From: Octopus vulgaris
Taxonomy: Eukaryota
DNA length: 64,000 bases
Reading direction: 5' to 3'
Assembly (NCBI GenBank): GCA_951406725.2
Contig: OX597838.1
Span: 9,672,001-9,736,000 of the forward strand
A program made the position numbers and the translations under genes. This document shows positions 32,946-64,000 of the stretch, in pieces (positions within the stretch are counted from its first letter, which is position 1; each line of letters begins with the position of its first letter). The notes beneath the pieces are model-generated. The model had not been told where the DNA came from. It did no database searches and saw only the letters and a program-made list of their open reading frames with translations.

Positions 32946-33444
32946 GTCAAAGCCAGGTGTGGTAAGTAGCTTGCTAACCAACCACATGGTTCCGGGTTCA
33001 GTCCCACTGCGTGGCATCTTGGGCAAGTGTCTTCTGCTATAGCCCCGGGCCGACCAATGCCTTGTGAGTGGATTTGGTAGACGGAAACTGAAAGAAGCCT
33101 GTCGTATATATGTATATATATATATATATATGTAGGTCCCGGGTTGATTCGGGGTTAACCACAGTAAATAAGGTACTCAATACATAGCAGAGTAAAATTA
33201 ATTTATTATATAGAAGGAGCTTCTACAGGACTAGAACTGTTTCATTCAAGAGAAATCTTCATATATATATATATGCGTGTGTGTGTTTGTGTGTCTGTGT
33301 TTGTCCCCCTAGCATTGCTTGACAACCGATGCTGGTGTGTTTACGTCCCCGTTACTTAGCGGTTCGGCAAAAGAGACTGATAGAATAAGTACTGGGCTTA
33401 CAAAAGAATAAGTCCCGGGGTCGGGTTTCTCGATTATTACTGTT

Positions 33445-33492
<48 letters not shown>

Positions 33493-33763
33493 ATTATTAT
33501 TATTATTATCGGTTGTCAAGCAATGCTAGGGGGACAAACACAGACACACAAACACACACACACATACATATATATATATACATTTATATATATATACATA
33601 TATACGACAGGCTTCTTTCAGTTTCCGTCTACCAAATCCACTCACAAGGCATTGGTCGGCCCGGAGCTATAGCAGAAGACACTCGCCCAAGATGCCACGC
33701 AGTGGGACTGAACCCGGAACCATGTGGTTGGTTAGCAAGCTACTTACCACACAGCCACTCCTG

Positions 33764-33877
<114 letters not shown>

Positions 33878-34144
33878 TTATTAGAAAATATTGGCCTCAA
33901 ATATTGGCTCACAACTAGTAATTTCGGGGACAGAAAGTTAGTCGATTGGTTCGACCCCAGTTCTCATTTATCAACCGCGAAAGGGAGGAAAGACAAAGTC
34001 AACCCCGGAGGCATTTGAACTCAGAACGTGACGACGCACTAAATGCCGCTAAGCCTTTTGTTTCGCGTACTAACGGTTCTTCTAGCTTGCTGCCTTAGAT
34101 TCGCTAGCAAAAAAAATTGCTTTATATATATATATATATAAAGC

Positions 34145-34190
<46 letters not shown>

Positions 34191-34400
34191 TCAAAATAAG
34201 CAATAAGAATGATTCCGGTAATTTGGTACGATCGTTTCGTACTACGTAGTACGAAACGATCGTACCAAATGACCGGAGTCATTCCTGTTGGTTATTTTGA
34301 TTATAATCACCCCACGGATTTTTATGGATAACACCATACAAAATTCTGGTGCATCTAAATTAAGTACCATATTCATTTGAATCTAAATTTTTGCTGAACT

Positions 34401-34469
<69 letters not shown>

Positions 34470-35135
34470 ATGATATTATTAGTGTGTTTCTCTGTTTGAC
34501 TTTCTCTCTGTTTGCTGGGAAAAACCCGATGACAAGGTAAATTTTAACGTGGTTTTTCAGTTCATGGGGATCAAATAATTGAATGAAGGACATTCGGTTG
34601 CATCACCGTGACACACAGGCAGAACACTCCTCGATTGACTAATCCTTTCTGACACAAACATGACCAATTTCCTCGAATCCCAGATCTTCCCCGTCATTTG
34701 ACAAATGACTGTTTTGCGCGTGTGTGTGTCTGTGTTTTGCCTATTTTTAGTTTTATTTAAGGAAGCCAATTAATATTTCGTTCGGAAAAAGTATGGCCCT
34801 ACACAAACATGCACTCACACACACGCTCACACATACTCACACAGAGTCACAAGCACACACACACACACACACACAGGAATTACTTAACTGCCGCTGCTAG
34901 TCATGTGCCAAATTTAGAAACAATCATTACTTGCAGAGGATCTTGAGCAATTGGCCTTCTGGTATTTTTTGGTTCTGAGTTCAAATCCCACCGAGCTCAA
35001 CTTTCCCCTTCATCCCTCCGAAGTCGATAAAATAAAGTCAATCCAGCCCTGGGATTGACGTAATCGTTTGAACCCCTCCCCTCAAAATGCTGTCTTTCTG
35101 TCTAACTCAAAAATCATTACTACTATTGTTAATAT

Positions 35136-35400
35136 AGTTCTATATTTAAGAGATGAGGAATTATGTACATTATTTACATTAGACGGATATTTGTCCTCAT
35201 CTTGTTTGTTTGTTGTTAACACAGCGATTCGGCTGATATACTCTCCAGCCTTCATCGGGTGTCTTGGGGAAATTTCGAACCTGGGTTCTCATTCCTACGG
35301 TATTTTTCGATATTATTATTTTTATTCAAGTCACTGCCTGGAATCGAACTCGGAAACTTGGGGTTAGTAGCCCGCGCTCTTAACCACTACGCCATATGGA
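35136..35400 (-). mobile_element. tRNA-headed SINE carrying a degenerate hammerhead/Penelope-type tail
   Basis: A box TGGCGTAGTGG (35384-35394), B box GAGTTCGATTCC (35340-35351), then ACAC-CCGATGA-A-GGCTG-loop-CAGCC-GAATC-GCT-GTGT (35219-35262); partial copies at 25392-25465 (with CTGATGA) and 26778-26898. Confidence 0.6.
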
Positions 35401-35539
35401 AATTATGGATTAAAGTTTTAGGGCTTATAAATCTAATAGTTTCCTAGGAGGTTGTTGTGTCCTAGCATATGTGCTGCTTCTTTTAGTTTTCGTATTTTCC
35501 AGTGGTGTTCTCTGTATATTATTTTAACTTCATCCCACA

Positions 35540-35850
35540 GGGGGAGATCGTCTCCATTTTTTCCATACATGATCAGCCATACCCGATTTTTCAATATCTC
35601 CTCGTGTCACAGCTTTGCGATGTTCGCCTACCCTTGTTTTGAGGGGGGCCTCATGTTTCGCCTTTGTATAACCTACCACAGCTGCATAGAATGGAGTACA
35701 CGCAGTTCTTGGTCATATTCTCTTCTGTTTGTGGTTTTACCCGAAGGAGATATTTGCGAAGTGTTGTATTACTCTTGAATACTGTCCTGATGTCATATGG
35801 GCCGCATATCTTTTGTATCTTTTCGGAGAGGCCTTTCGCATGGTACCTCT
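35540..35850 (-). mobile_element. Penelope-like GIY-YIG fragment
   Basis: KGLSEKIQKIC..YDIRTVFKSNTTLRKYL..VK...NCVYSILCSCGRLYKGET. Confidence 0.85.
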
Positions 35851-36651
35851 CAGTACCGTCCAACTTAGTGAATGAGGACATAAAACATAATCCCAGCTGT
35901 TCACCCTGCACCAAGGCTTCTAACCCATATATTGCCATCTCCCCCTGTCCCCAACACCTTCACTGACCTGTTGCCCCCGACTCCGAAGCTGCGGAGACAA
36001 CTTATTTCTTCCCTACATCGTTAAAATGAAATGAAAACATGCTACTTAACATTTATCGCATATTTAAAGGACATAGCATATAGATTATTAGGTGACTGTT
36101 GACTCCGCTGAATTCATCTAATCTTTGACAGGTCTAGCTTTCCATTATTCAGGATGTATGCAATTACCAGGCTTGCTGAGGTTGCCAGTTTAGACAACTC
36201 GACCGTGCAACAGGGGGTAATACATTGCATGTTACCAGGAGCGTTCTCAAGAAACCGGCCATGAATATATATATATATATATATAGGTTCATCTGGGACC
36301 TTTGACAGCAGGGAGTGAATTTGATTCTGGAAAACATCTACTCACTGATGGTCCTTCAGATGTTTCGGCAAGGCGTTAAATAGCCGTGGGCCCTTGAATC
36401 CCAAGCTATTGCATTACATAGTCTTCACTCTAGACGGGACCACAGGGACCTTTGGAAAAGTGCAGTGACATCCAGTTCGGGGGCTGGTGTAGCTCTGGAT
36501 GCCAAAGTTTGCTGCCAACCCCTCCAGGATTTTCCATACGTATATTGCTGTATACCTTTCCCGTCTGTATGCATGTATGTATGTATGTATATATATTTAT
36601 GTTTTGTGTGCATGCGTGCGTGTGTGTGTATATATACATATACATACAGAC

Positions 36652-36701
<50 letters not shown>

Positions 36702-36808
36702 CAAAGTGGGGTTGTAGGGTACCGCACGAGTGGAATTATATACGAAAGAAGGTTTGAAAATGCAATTTTAAAATATATTTTAAAATTGCATTTTCAAACC
36801 TTCTTTCG

Positions 36809-36854
<46 letters not shown>

Positions 36855-37051
36855 ATATATATGTATATGTATATACAAGCATATTTGTACATATATGTGT
36901 GCGTATATGTACATACATACATATAAACATGCATACATGCATGCATGCATACATATATACATACATACATACATACACATTCATTTATCCTATATCAAAT
37001 GGAGGGCATCTTGAATAATTAGTCAACTGAAGATTCTTGCCTCTTATTAAT

Positions 37052-37412
37052 GAAAATCCCCTTGACCAAGAAACCGTTCCCAGTGTTTGAATGGGACGGT
37101 TGTAGTCGAACGGAAATATTTCCAGCGATACAAGAAATAAGGGGAGGGGCAGTTTCGACAGTGAATCACATGAATATCCGACGAAACTTGACGACAGGAC
37201 AAGCACAAATTTTGAAGTGCTACAGTCATCAATTTATAAGCATACTTAATGAGAATTTGTTAATAGGGATTGTTAGAAAAAAGAAAGAAAAAAAAAAATA
37301 AGTGTGCAGTCTATTGTTTTTTGTCTTGTACACACCCACTTTATATATTTATTTACTTATATATATAAATATATATATATATATATGTGTGTGCATAGAT
37401 GAATATTTGCAT
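37052..37412 (+). promoter_or_regulatory. Putative MMP proximal promoter motifs
   Basis: kB-like GGGGATTTTC (minus, 37052-37061), palindromic GGAAATATTTCC (~37112-37123), AP-1-like TGAATCA (~37162), TATATAAAT (~37362), octamer ATTTGCAT (37405-37412); short motifs can occur by chance. Confidence 0.25.
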
Positions 37413-37461
37413 TCACAGAGTTAGATACACGCGAACAACATTGTGCTAATCTCGCTCGAAG

Positions 37462-56029
<18,568 letters not shown>

Positions 56030-56165
56030 GTCTTTTCATTTTTTATTAAGGAGCGACGGAGACGAAGGCGGTAAGGGTGGGGAATGGGGATTTGCATCAA
56101 CATTCTTGACAAAGTCAGACAGTCTCTGATAACCAGCGATAATACAACATAGGCTGCTGCTGCCG

Positions 56166-56201
<36 letters not shown>

Positions 56202-57221
56202 TCCTGATAATGTTGTTGTCGGTGTTATTGCTGTTGAGGAGGAATTTCCTGCTGCAGCCGAAGATGTGGAACAGCATCCGTTATTGGGTTTCACACTGCT
56301 ATATCGCATTACTGCAACGACTACTACTCCTAGAACTACAACAACTACTACTACGACTACTACTACTACTACTTCTACTACTACTACTACTAATAATAAT
56401 AATAATTGTAATAATCCTTTCTACTAAAGGCACAAGGCCAGCAATTTTGGGGAAGGGTACTTACTAGTCGAATACATCGACCCCAGTGCGTAACTGGTAT
56501 TTATTTAATCGACACCGAAAGGATGAAAGGCAAAGTCGACCCCGGCGGAATTTGAACTCAGGACGTTGCGGCAGATGAAATACCGCTAAGCATTTCGCCC
56601 AGCATGTAGTGTGCAGGACAAAATTCTTAGCGATATTTCTTCCAGCTCTATTAAGGTCCTGAGTTCAAATCCCACATAGGTCATCTTTACCTTTCATCCT
56701 TTCGCGGTCGATGAAATAAGTATCAGTTGTGCACTTGGGGGTCGATGGTATTGACTGTCAACTCCCTTTTTTTCCTAAATTTGAAGCAATTATTATCATT
56801 ATTGTTAATTGTTATTGTTATTTATTTTATACACAACATTGTACCAAACCCCCACTTGTCCCTTGTGTCGTACTGTCCCTATTTGTCTTGTGTTCGGCAC
56901 TTGAGGCCAATAAAGAAAACTTTATTACTATTATCACCATTATTGTTGTTGTTGTTGTTATTGTTGTTATTATTATTATGTTTTTTCATTCTTTCTTCAA
57001 ATTTTCTTCCGTTTCTCACCGAGTGTTTTCCATACACCTAGGGCAGAGAAGCTCATTGTATGCATTCCCAGATTATACACGCAAATTCATAGATAAAATA
57101 TGTATTTAAAAATTAATAAATAAATAAATTCATGGATGGATGTTATTTTCACAGCGATAATGCTCTTCTCAGTACATGAGCCGTTCCAGTTAATACGATT
57201 TTTTGCACTTCCTGTAGGGAA

Positions 57222-57270
<49 letters not shown>

Positions 57271-57775
57271 GAGTGAGACAGCAGTGCATGCCATCAAAGT
57301 GACACTGGGGTAAAATATACGAAGCCCAGTATACCCATCATGACTACCCGTCTGATAAGGGTACACCAGGCACATGCATCACAACCATATACGCACGACA
57401 TGGTCATCTCATATAAAGATAAACAGCACATGACCTTGCAGGTGGGGCCCAGTAACCCATCCCGCTCAAAAGGTCCCTGAATAAGGGTTATTTAAGGATG
57501 TTAAATGAAACACCCATGTTTCCAGAGGTGAATTATTCAAACCCCCAAAGAATCCCTCTCAACACACGGCTATGATGCTCCCCCACTACTTCTACTCGTG
57601 ATCAGAGATGCACATATCGTCAGCCACTAAGGGACATGCTCAACTGGTTACGGTCAAACAACTGACAAGCAAATCTGTGGTATTGAGCAGAATATTTGCT
57701 GTAGCCCATCTTTTATATCAAGACAAAACAATGTACATGATAACACTTCCAATCAGTTAAGATCAGAAGCCATGA

Positions 57776-57832
<57 letters not shown>

Positions 57833-57861
57833 CATTTTTTTTATTATTATTATTATTATTA

Positions 57862-58740
57862 TCTTTCTTCTTTCAAATTTGCTTCCATTTCTTGCCGAGT
57901 GTCTTCCCGACTCCTAGGGCAAAGAAACTCATAGTATACATTGGTGGGCCATTAAACCAAACTCAATAGTTCGTTCATTTTTTTTTTTTTTTTTTTAAGT
58001 TAAATTAAAATACATGAGCAGCAACAGTTCTCACATCGACAATGCTCTTCTCAATACGTGTGATGTACCAGTTAAGACAATCTTTTGCACTTCTTGCAGG
58101 GATGGTAAGCCAGGGATCATTCTCATGTAATTTTCGGTTCCCTTCTTGATCATTCCTAGTGCTCCTACGATCACTGGTATTGTAACCGTCTTGAGATGCC
58201 ACATTTTCTCAATTTCAATGAGTAGGTCTTTATATTTTCTGAGCTTGTAAAACTCTTTCGCTGAGATATTATGATCACAGGGGATGCTCATGTCGATCAA
58301 TAAGCAAACTTTATTGTTTTGGTCTTTCACAACAATATCTGGTTTATTGGCCTTGATGGTTCGGTCTGTATGTACTGGAAAGTCCCACAGAATGGTTACA
58401 TTTTCTCCTTCAGTTACAGCCTCAGGGTGGTGATTATACCACTTGTCGGCAGTTTTGATATTGTAATGCCGACTTATTAGCCAGTGGAGATATTGGCCAA
58501 CTCTGTCATGTCTTAATTTATACTCCACTGGTGCTAAGACTTTACATCCAGAGATTAGGTGGTCCACTGTTTCAATCATGTCGTTGCAGAATCGGCATTT
58601 TGGGTCTGCTCCATTTTTCATCACATTGGCCTGGTAGTTCCGGGTTAATAGGCTTTGATCTTGAGCAGCCAGGATGAAACCTTCGCTCTCTGCTTTTAGC
58701 CCTGAGCTCCGTAGCCACTGATGGGTTTGCTTCTGGTCAA

Positions 58741-58741
<1 letters not shown>
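57862..58741 (-). mobile_element. R4/Dong-clade non-LTR retrotransposon, 5'-truncated, inserted in (TAA)n
   Basis: Open frame EGFILAAQDQSL..CRFC...ETVDHLISGC..RHD..ILWDF..KPDIVV..LIDMSIP..KYKDL..GALG (CCHC knuckle plus restriction-like endonuclease); (ATT)n on both flanks; related 3' end at ~56975-57222. Confidence 0.92.
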
Positions 58742-58776
<35 letters not shown>

Positions 58777-59792
58777 CATTAGTATTATTATTCAGTAGTC
58801 TTGATTCTTCTCTTGATCACCAACAGAACTTGCAAGATGCTACACTCTTTTGTACAGATGTAGTAACCATGGGCACCTCTTGCAGTAGGTGTTACACTAT
58901 TGTGTTTGGCGACCCTTCGTATGACATTTCAGTCCGCCTCCTCACGCCCATTCTTCTCCATGCACCCAGCAAGTCAAATGCAAATGCCGTATAGTACGTA
59001 ATTGATAATTCCCTTGTGCTTAAGCGGCTTCTCTGATTACTTCTAGACCTTGTCTAAACAACGTTCGATGTCAAAGTGTACTTTCTGTCGACATAAAGGA
59101 ATTCAGACCAAGGCCTTCACGAACAACTCCCTCGAGCTGCTCATGCCTGATGCAATCTTGCAATCTGAACCACTCCCCTCATCATGTACTGCATTCATGC
59201 GTACATACGTACATATATACATACATACATACATACATACATGCATACATGCATATATACATACATACATACATACATACATACATACATACATACATAC
59301 ATACGTACATACATACATACATGCATGCATGCATGCGTATATATATACATACATGCATACATGCATGCATACATGCATACATACATACATACATGCATAC
59401 ATACATACATACATACAGGCATACATACATACATACATACATGCATACATACATACATACATACATGCATGCATACATGCATACATACATACATACATAC
59501 ATACATACATACATACATACAGGCATACATACATACATACATGCATACATACATACATACACACATACATACATACATACATACATACACACATACATAC
59601 ACACACACACACATACATACATACACACATACATACATGCATACATACATGCATACATACATACATACATACATACGTACGTACATACATGCATGCATAT
59701 ATATATACTTGCGAAAATACATTGATACATATGCATCCAAACATATATATACACATATAAAAACACACGTAGATACATACAAACCTCTGTGT

Positions 59793-59827
<35 letters not shown>

Positions 59828-60047
59828 CCAAAAGTCATGCACCAAAACATTTTGGCATTTTACTTTTATTGCGTTCCTATTATTAATCATTCTGTTCATC
59901 AGGTATGCGTGCGTCCTTTAGTCGAGTACCTGGGTATTCATCGTTATTTCATTTATTTATTTTATTCAATTTTTGAAAGCTTCAAGCACGTCCTTCGCAA
60001 ATCCAGAACGCCATGATCATATTTTGTGCGTGGCTTTTGGCCCACCC

Positions 60048-60125
<78 letters not shown>

Positions 60126-60155
60126 TATATGTATGCATATATATATATGCATGTG

Positions 60156-60212
<57 letters not shown>

Positions 60213-60275
60213 AAAATAGAAAAATAGAAAAAGTCAAAAATAGAAAATGCTAAAATAATTTTATAGTGAACATTT

Positions 60276-60313
60276 CAGTACCGGTTTCGGTCATTTTGAG
60301 ACCTTTTCAACTG
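60276..60313 (-). ncRNA. Minimal hammerhead motif with U3-A8 core
   Basis: CAG-TTGAAAA-GGTC-TCAAAAT-GACC-GAAAC-CG-GTA-CTG; palindromic helix III ACCGGT. Confidence 0.6.
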
Positions 60314-60649
60314 TAACGATTAAATAATTAAATTTAGAAAAATTAGAAGAAAAGTTTTTTTAAAGGAATATTTCTATAGTAGTGTTCAGATATAGGTGGC
60401 ATTCTGCCTTTCTCTGACTCCCTTGTTTGCACTTGTGTGTTGGAGGTCGTTGTGAGTTCTTGGTAGGGTAGTGGAGGAAGAAGGCTGATGAGGAAAGGGG
60501 GTGGAGAATCTTGGAGTGCCCTGATGGTCGTATTTTGAATGGTCAGTGGCGGCTGGCAGTCGCAGTTCAATTCAGGAGAATATTTCTATTGAAAGGCTTG
60601 TTTATAGAATTTACGTAGGTGTTATACTAAAAAACATTAGTGACAAAGT

Positions 60650-60775
<126 letters not shown>

Positions 60776-60842
60776 GACTCAAACAGGCATACATACATGC
60801 CAACATTCAAAGATTCAAACATGCTTGCATACATGCATGAAG

Positions 60843-60893
<51 letters not shown>

Positions 60894-62237
60894 TGTATGT
60901 ATGTATGTTTGTATGTATGTATGTATGTATATATGCATACATACACACATATATCATCCAAACCTATATATGGACATACACACTGACATTCCGTCACTTA
61001 CGACGACGAGGGTTCCAGTTGCTCCGATCAACGGAACAGCCTGCTCGTGAAATTAACGTACAAGTGGCTGAGCACTACACAGACACGCGTACCCTTAACG
61101 TAGCTCTCAAGGAGATTCGACGAAAGACAGAAAGTGACAAGCCTAGACCTTTCAAAGGCAGGTACTACCTAGTTTTTCCAGGTGAGTGGAGAAACATGAA
61201 ATAAAGCGTTTTGCTCAAAGATACAACGCGCCGTCGAGAATCGAACTCACGCCCTTACGATCGGGAGCCAAATTCCCTAACCACTAAGCCACGCGCCTTC
61301 ACGACATACATACACACATGCATATAAATCTGATTTAATGATTTGGGATAGAGAAAGGAAACTGTGCACAGTTGTGGAAATTAGCTGACCACCAGATGTT
61401 AACATAAATCTGAAGATCAGTGGAAAAGGAAACACCTATGCTGAACCATTGAAAAACCTGCAGTTACGCCATCCAGATTACGATTTTAAGTTTATACCTG
61501 TAACTATTATGGTCCTGGGATATATAACACACTGCTTAAATACCAATCTTGGGAAATTGGGCTTCTCAAAACCAGAAAGTAGAAGGCTAATTTGAAGACT
61601 ACAGATCCAATCCATCACTGGAACTGTAAAAGTCTGTAAAACTTTCCAGAAGTTTATCATTTAAATATATATGAGCATGGCTAGATATGTAACTATATAC
61701 ATGAGAATACACACATAAAACATACAAATCTGTACATACATACATACATACATACATACATACATACATGCATACATAAATACATACATACATACATACA
61801 TGCATGCATACATACATACATACATACATACATACATACATACATACATACATACATACATACATGGTCTAACTCCAAAGATTATTCTTGTGTGGTACAC
61901 AAATGCTTCTTCCTTCTCCCCTCTCTCTCTTTCACATATGTATGTGTATATTTCTACGTGTGCGTGCGTGCATGTGTGTTTGTGTGTGTGCCTGTATCTG
62001 TGTGTGTATGTCTGTGTGTGTGTATATGTTTGTGTGTATGTGTGTGTGTTTGTGTTTGTACGTGTGTGTCCGTGTATGTGCATGAGTGTGTGTTCATGTC
62101 CCTGTGTGTGTCCGTGTGTGTGTGTGTGTGTGTGTGTGTCCGTGTGTGTGTGTGTGTGTGTCTGTGTGCGTGCGTGTGTATGTTTGTCTTATGTACTAAA
62201 ATATACTGTCGCTAAAACAGGCTGAATTTCCAGTCAG

Positions 62238-62306
62238 TCATGCCAAATCATCGACGCCCAAACTGCTGCGCCCAATTGCTTCATTCTGGATCCGCATTTC
62301 GTATTC
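62238..62306 (-). CDS. Candidate terminal coding exon of an unidentified minus-strand gene (EYEMRIQNEAIGRSSLGVDDLA*)
   Basis: Non-repetitive island; acceptor gtttctaagtattcgttgacag|GAA with CTAAG branch-like motif; protein-like 22 codons then TGA. Protein not recognised. Confidence 0.4.
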   Translation of the reverse strand, partial: EYEMRIQNEAIGRSSLGVDDLA

Positions 62307-62892
62307 CTGTCAACGAATACTTAGAAACGACAATGATAGGACGTTTTGCATCAAACGCAAACCACCGAATACATTTAACCGTAAATACTTCAACAGAGAG
62401 AAGGGTTAAAGTTTCCTTTCAATAACGATAAGATTAAAGAATGACTTAGAAAGAGAAACAGCATTCTGAAATGTACGTGACTTTCGCATTGCAGATGTAC
62501 GTAAAGCAATGTGAAATCAATTGTGACGCTTCTATTTACTAAGAACATTGACAGGGCGTGAAAGCCAGCCTGGTCACAAAATACTGTTTCTCGAGAAACT
62601 CGATACGTGTTAGAAGTGTAATAATGGCACAAAACTAAACAAAATAAAATGAAAGCTGAAAAGAAAATATCAAATTTTCTTCGAAGAAAACATCTAATTT
62701 CGAAATAAAGTTGAAGTAGCCAAAACGAAGAACTTAATCCAATAATTCCACTTTTAATATTAAACGAAGAATTTATATTAACTGCTCTGTATCAAATTAC
62801 ATTTTCTTCCATATAACGACGGAATTAAGAAATAACGATGACCTACTTTTGGTGTTAGTAGTTTTGCAAAAACAACCAAACTTATGAATAGA

Positions 62893-63278
62893 TAGGAAGC
62901 ACTCCGTCGGTTACGACGACGAGGGTTCCGGTTGATCCGAATCAACGGAACAGCCTGCTCGTGAAATTAACGTGTAAGTGGCTGAGCACTCCACAGACAC
63001 GTGTACCCTTGACGTAGTTCTCAGGGATATTCAGCGTGACACAGAGAGTGACAAGGCCGGCCCTTTGAAATACAGGTACAACAGAAACAGGAAGTAAGCG
63101 TGAGAGAAAGTTGTGGTGAAATAGTACAGCAGGGATCACCACCATCCCCTGCCGGAGCCTCGTGGAGCTTTAGGTGTTTTCGCACAATAAACACTCACAA
63201 CGCTTGGTCTGGGAATCGAAACCGCGATCCTACGACCGCGAGTCCGCTGCCCTAACCACTGGGCCATTGCGCCTCCAC
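62893..63278 (-). mobile_element. tRNA-derived SINE, ~385 bp; near-identical copy 11175-11558 (-); partials 10812-10898, 11593-11760, 26220-26398, 60990-61300
   Basis: Head GGAGGCGCAATGGCCCAGTGGTTAGGGCAGCGGACTCGCGG..GGTTTCGATTCCC with A and B boxes. Confidence 0.85.
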
Positions 63279-63469
63279 AAACTTATGAATAATGACGTTG
63301 GATCTAATTTTTTCATTCGCCAAATATGCATTTTTTTAAAAGGGAGTAGAAAATCTAATTTTACACGAGAGTTCGAACAGTCCTCAAATCTGAGTTAAAT
63401 GCGCGTAGCAAGGTGTTAGCCATTAATTCCTAAGCTGTTCCAGTTGCTATTTACAGTTTTAATGTGTTG

Positions 63470-64000
63470 AACTGGAATATGAGCGAAATAAGGAAGAATG
63501 ACAGGAAAATCCATAAGATGCACCAGCCAAAGGCAGACGCAGGTCGTCTTTACCTTCTCAGAATCCAAGGAGATCGAGGCTTGCTCCAATTTGAAATCTC
63601 TTAGAAGAAAAACACTAAAATTTGACTGGCCAAATATCTTGAAACATCTAATGAATGGATGCTAAACCTCGTTAAAAACCACGAGAAACGTAAGCTTCAT
63701 TCTGTCACGAAGGAGAGAAAAATATTTCTAGTGAGTTTAAGTATAATACCCAGGTTGAACAGCATGATTGAAGTGTGGCAACTATTGATGCAAAGAAGGT
63801 TAAATCAATGGCAAAGCAAAGAGCGTTTGAACAATTGGCTGATAGGTGGGAACAAAAACCTCAGCGTGGAAAATACGTGGCCCGTAGTAAACAAACTGAT
63901 GGACAGAAGCACACCCATTAGATTAGTGACTTCGGAGCTCAAAGCTAAAAGCAGAGAGCTTCTTGACCCGGAACTACCAAAGTGCCGATACTGCAACGAT
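63470..64000 (+). mobile_element. Degenerate R4/Dong-like fragment
   Basis: HKMHQPKADAGRLYLLRIQGDRGLLQ resembles the HPKADVDRLY..R..GGRGL post-RT motif. Confidence 0.65.

Noticed and set aside
59050-59899. ORFs of 190-240 aa with HTYI/YVCM repeats (likewise 12349-12979, 39290-39812)
   Set aside because: (CATA)n microsatellite translations

Overview
Eukaryotic, AT-rich, microsatellite-saturated DNA. The repeat landscape (tRNA-derived SINE families, Penelope-like and R4/Dong retroelements, (TA)n/(CATA)n/(ATT)n tracts) looks like an octopus/coleoid cephalopod genome; this is an inference. Most of the ORF track is microsatellite noise. One complete protein-coding gene can be rebuilt by hand: an 11-exon secreted matrix metalloproteinase on the + strand (37462-56029, 1434 nt, 477 aa). 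It has a signal peptide, PRCGVKD cysteine switch, [11 protein letters not shown] zinc site, Met-turn, Thr/Arg hinge and a Cys-closed hemopexin domain; all introns are GT-AG and phase-consistent. A possible terminal exon of a second, minus-strand gene lies at 62238-62306. The most striking hidden structure is about ten type-I hammerhead-ribozyme (HHR) motifs from several families. These include one with a fully canonical core beside a Penelope GIY-YIG ORF, two families with the compensatory U3-A8 core, and one fused downstream of a tRNA/Pol III head. Most sit in short (~150-300 nt) elements embedded in (TA)n or (CATA)n tracts, and several long fold-back palindromes are centred on or next to the HHR helix III. 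Also present: a (TAA)n-targeted ~550-bp non-coding element (7 copies), Tc1/mariner relics and MITEs, a ~1.6-kb duplication with an internal inversion, and a 2.2-kb (CACG)n tract grading into (TATG)n.
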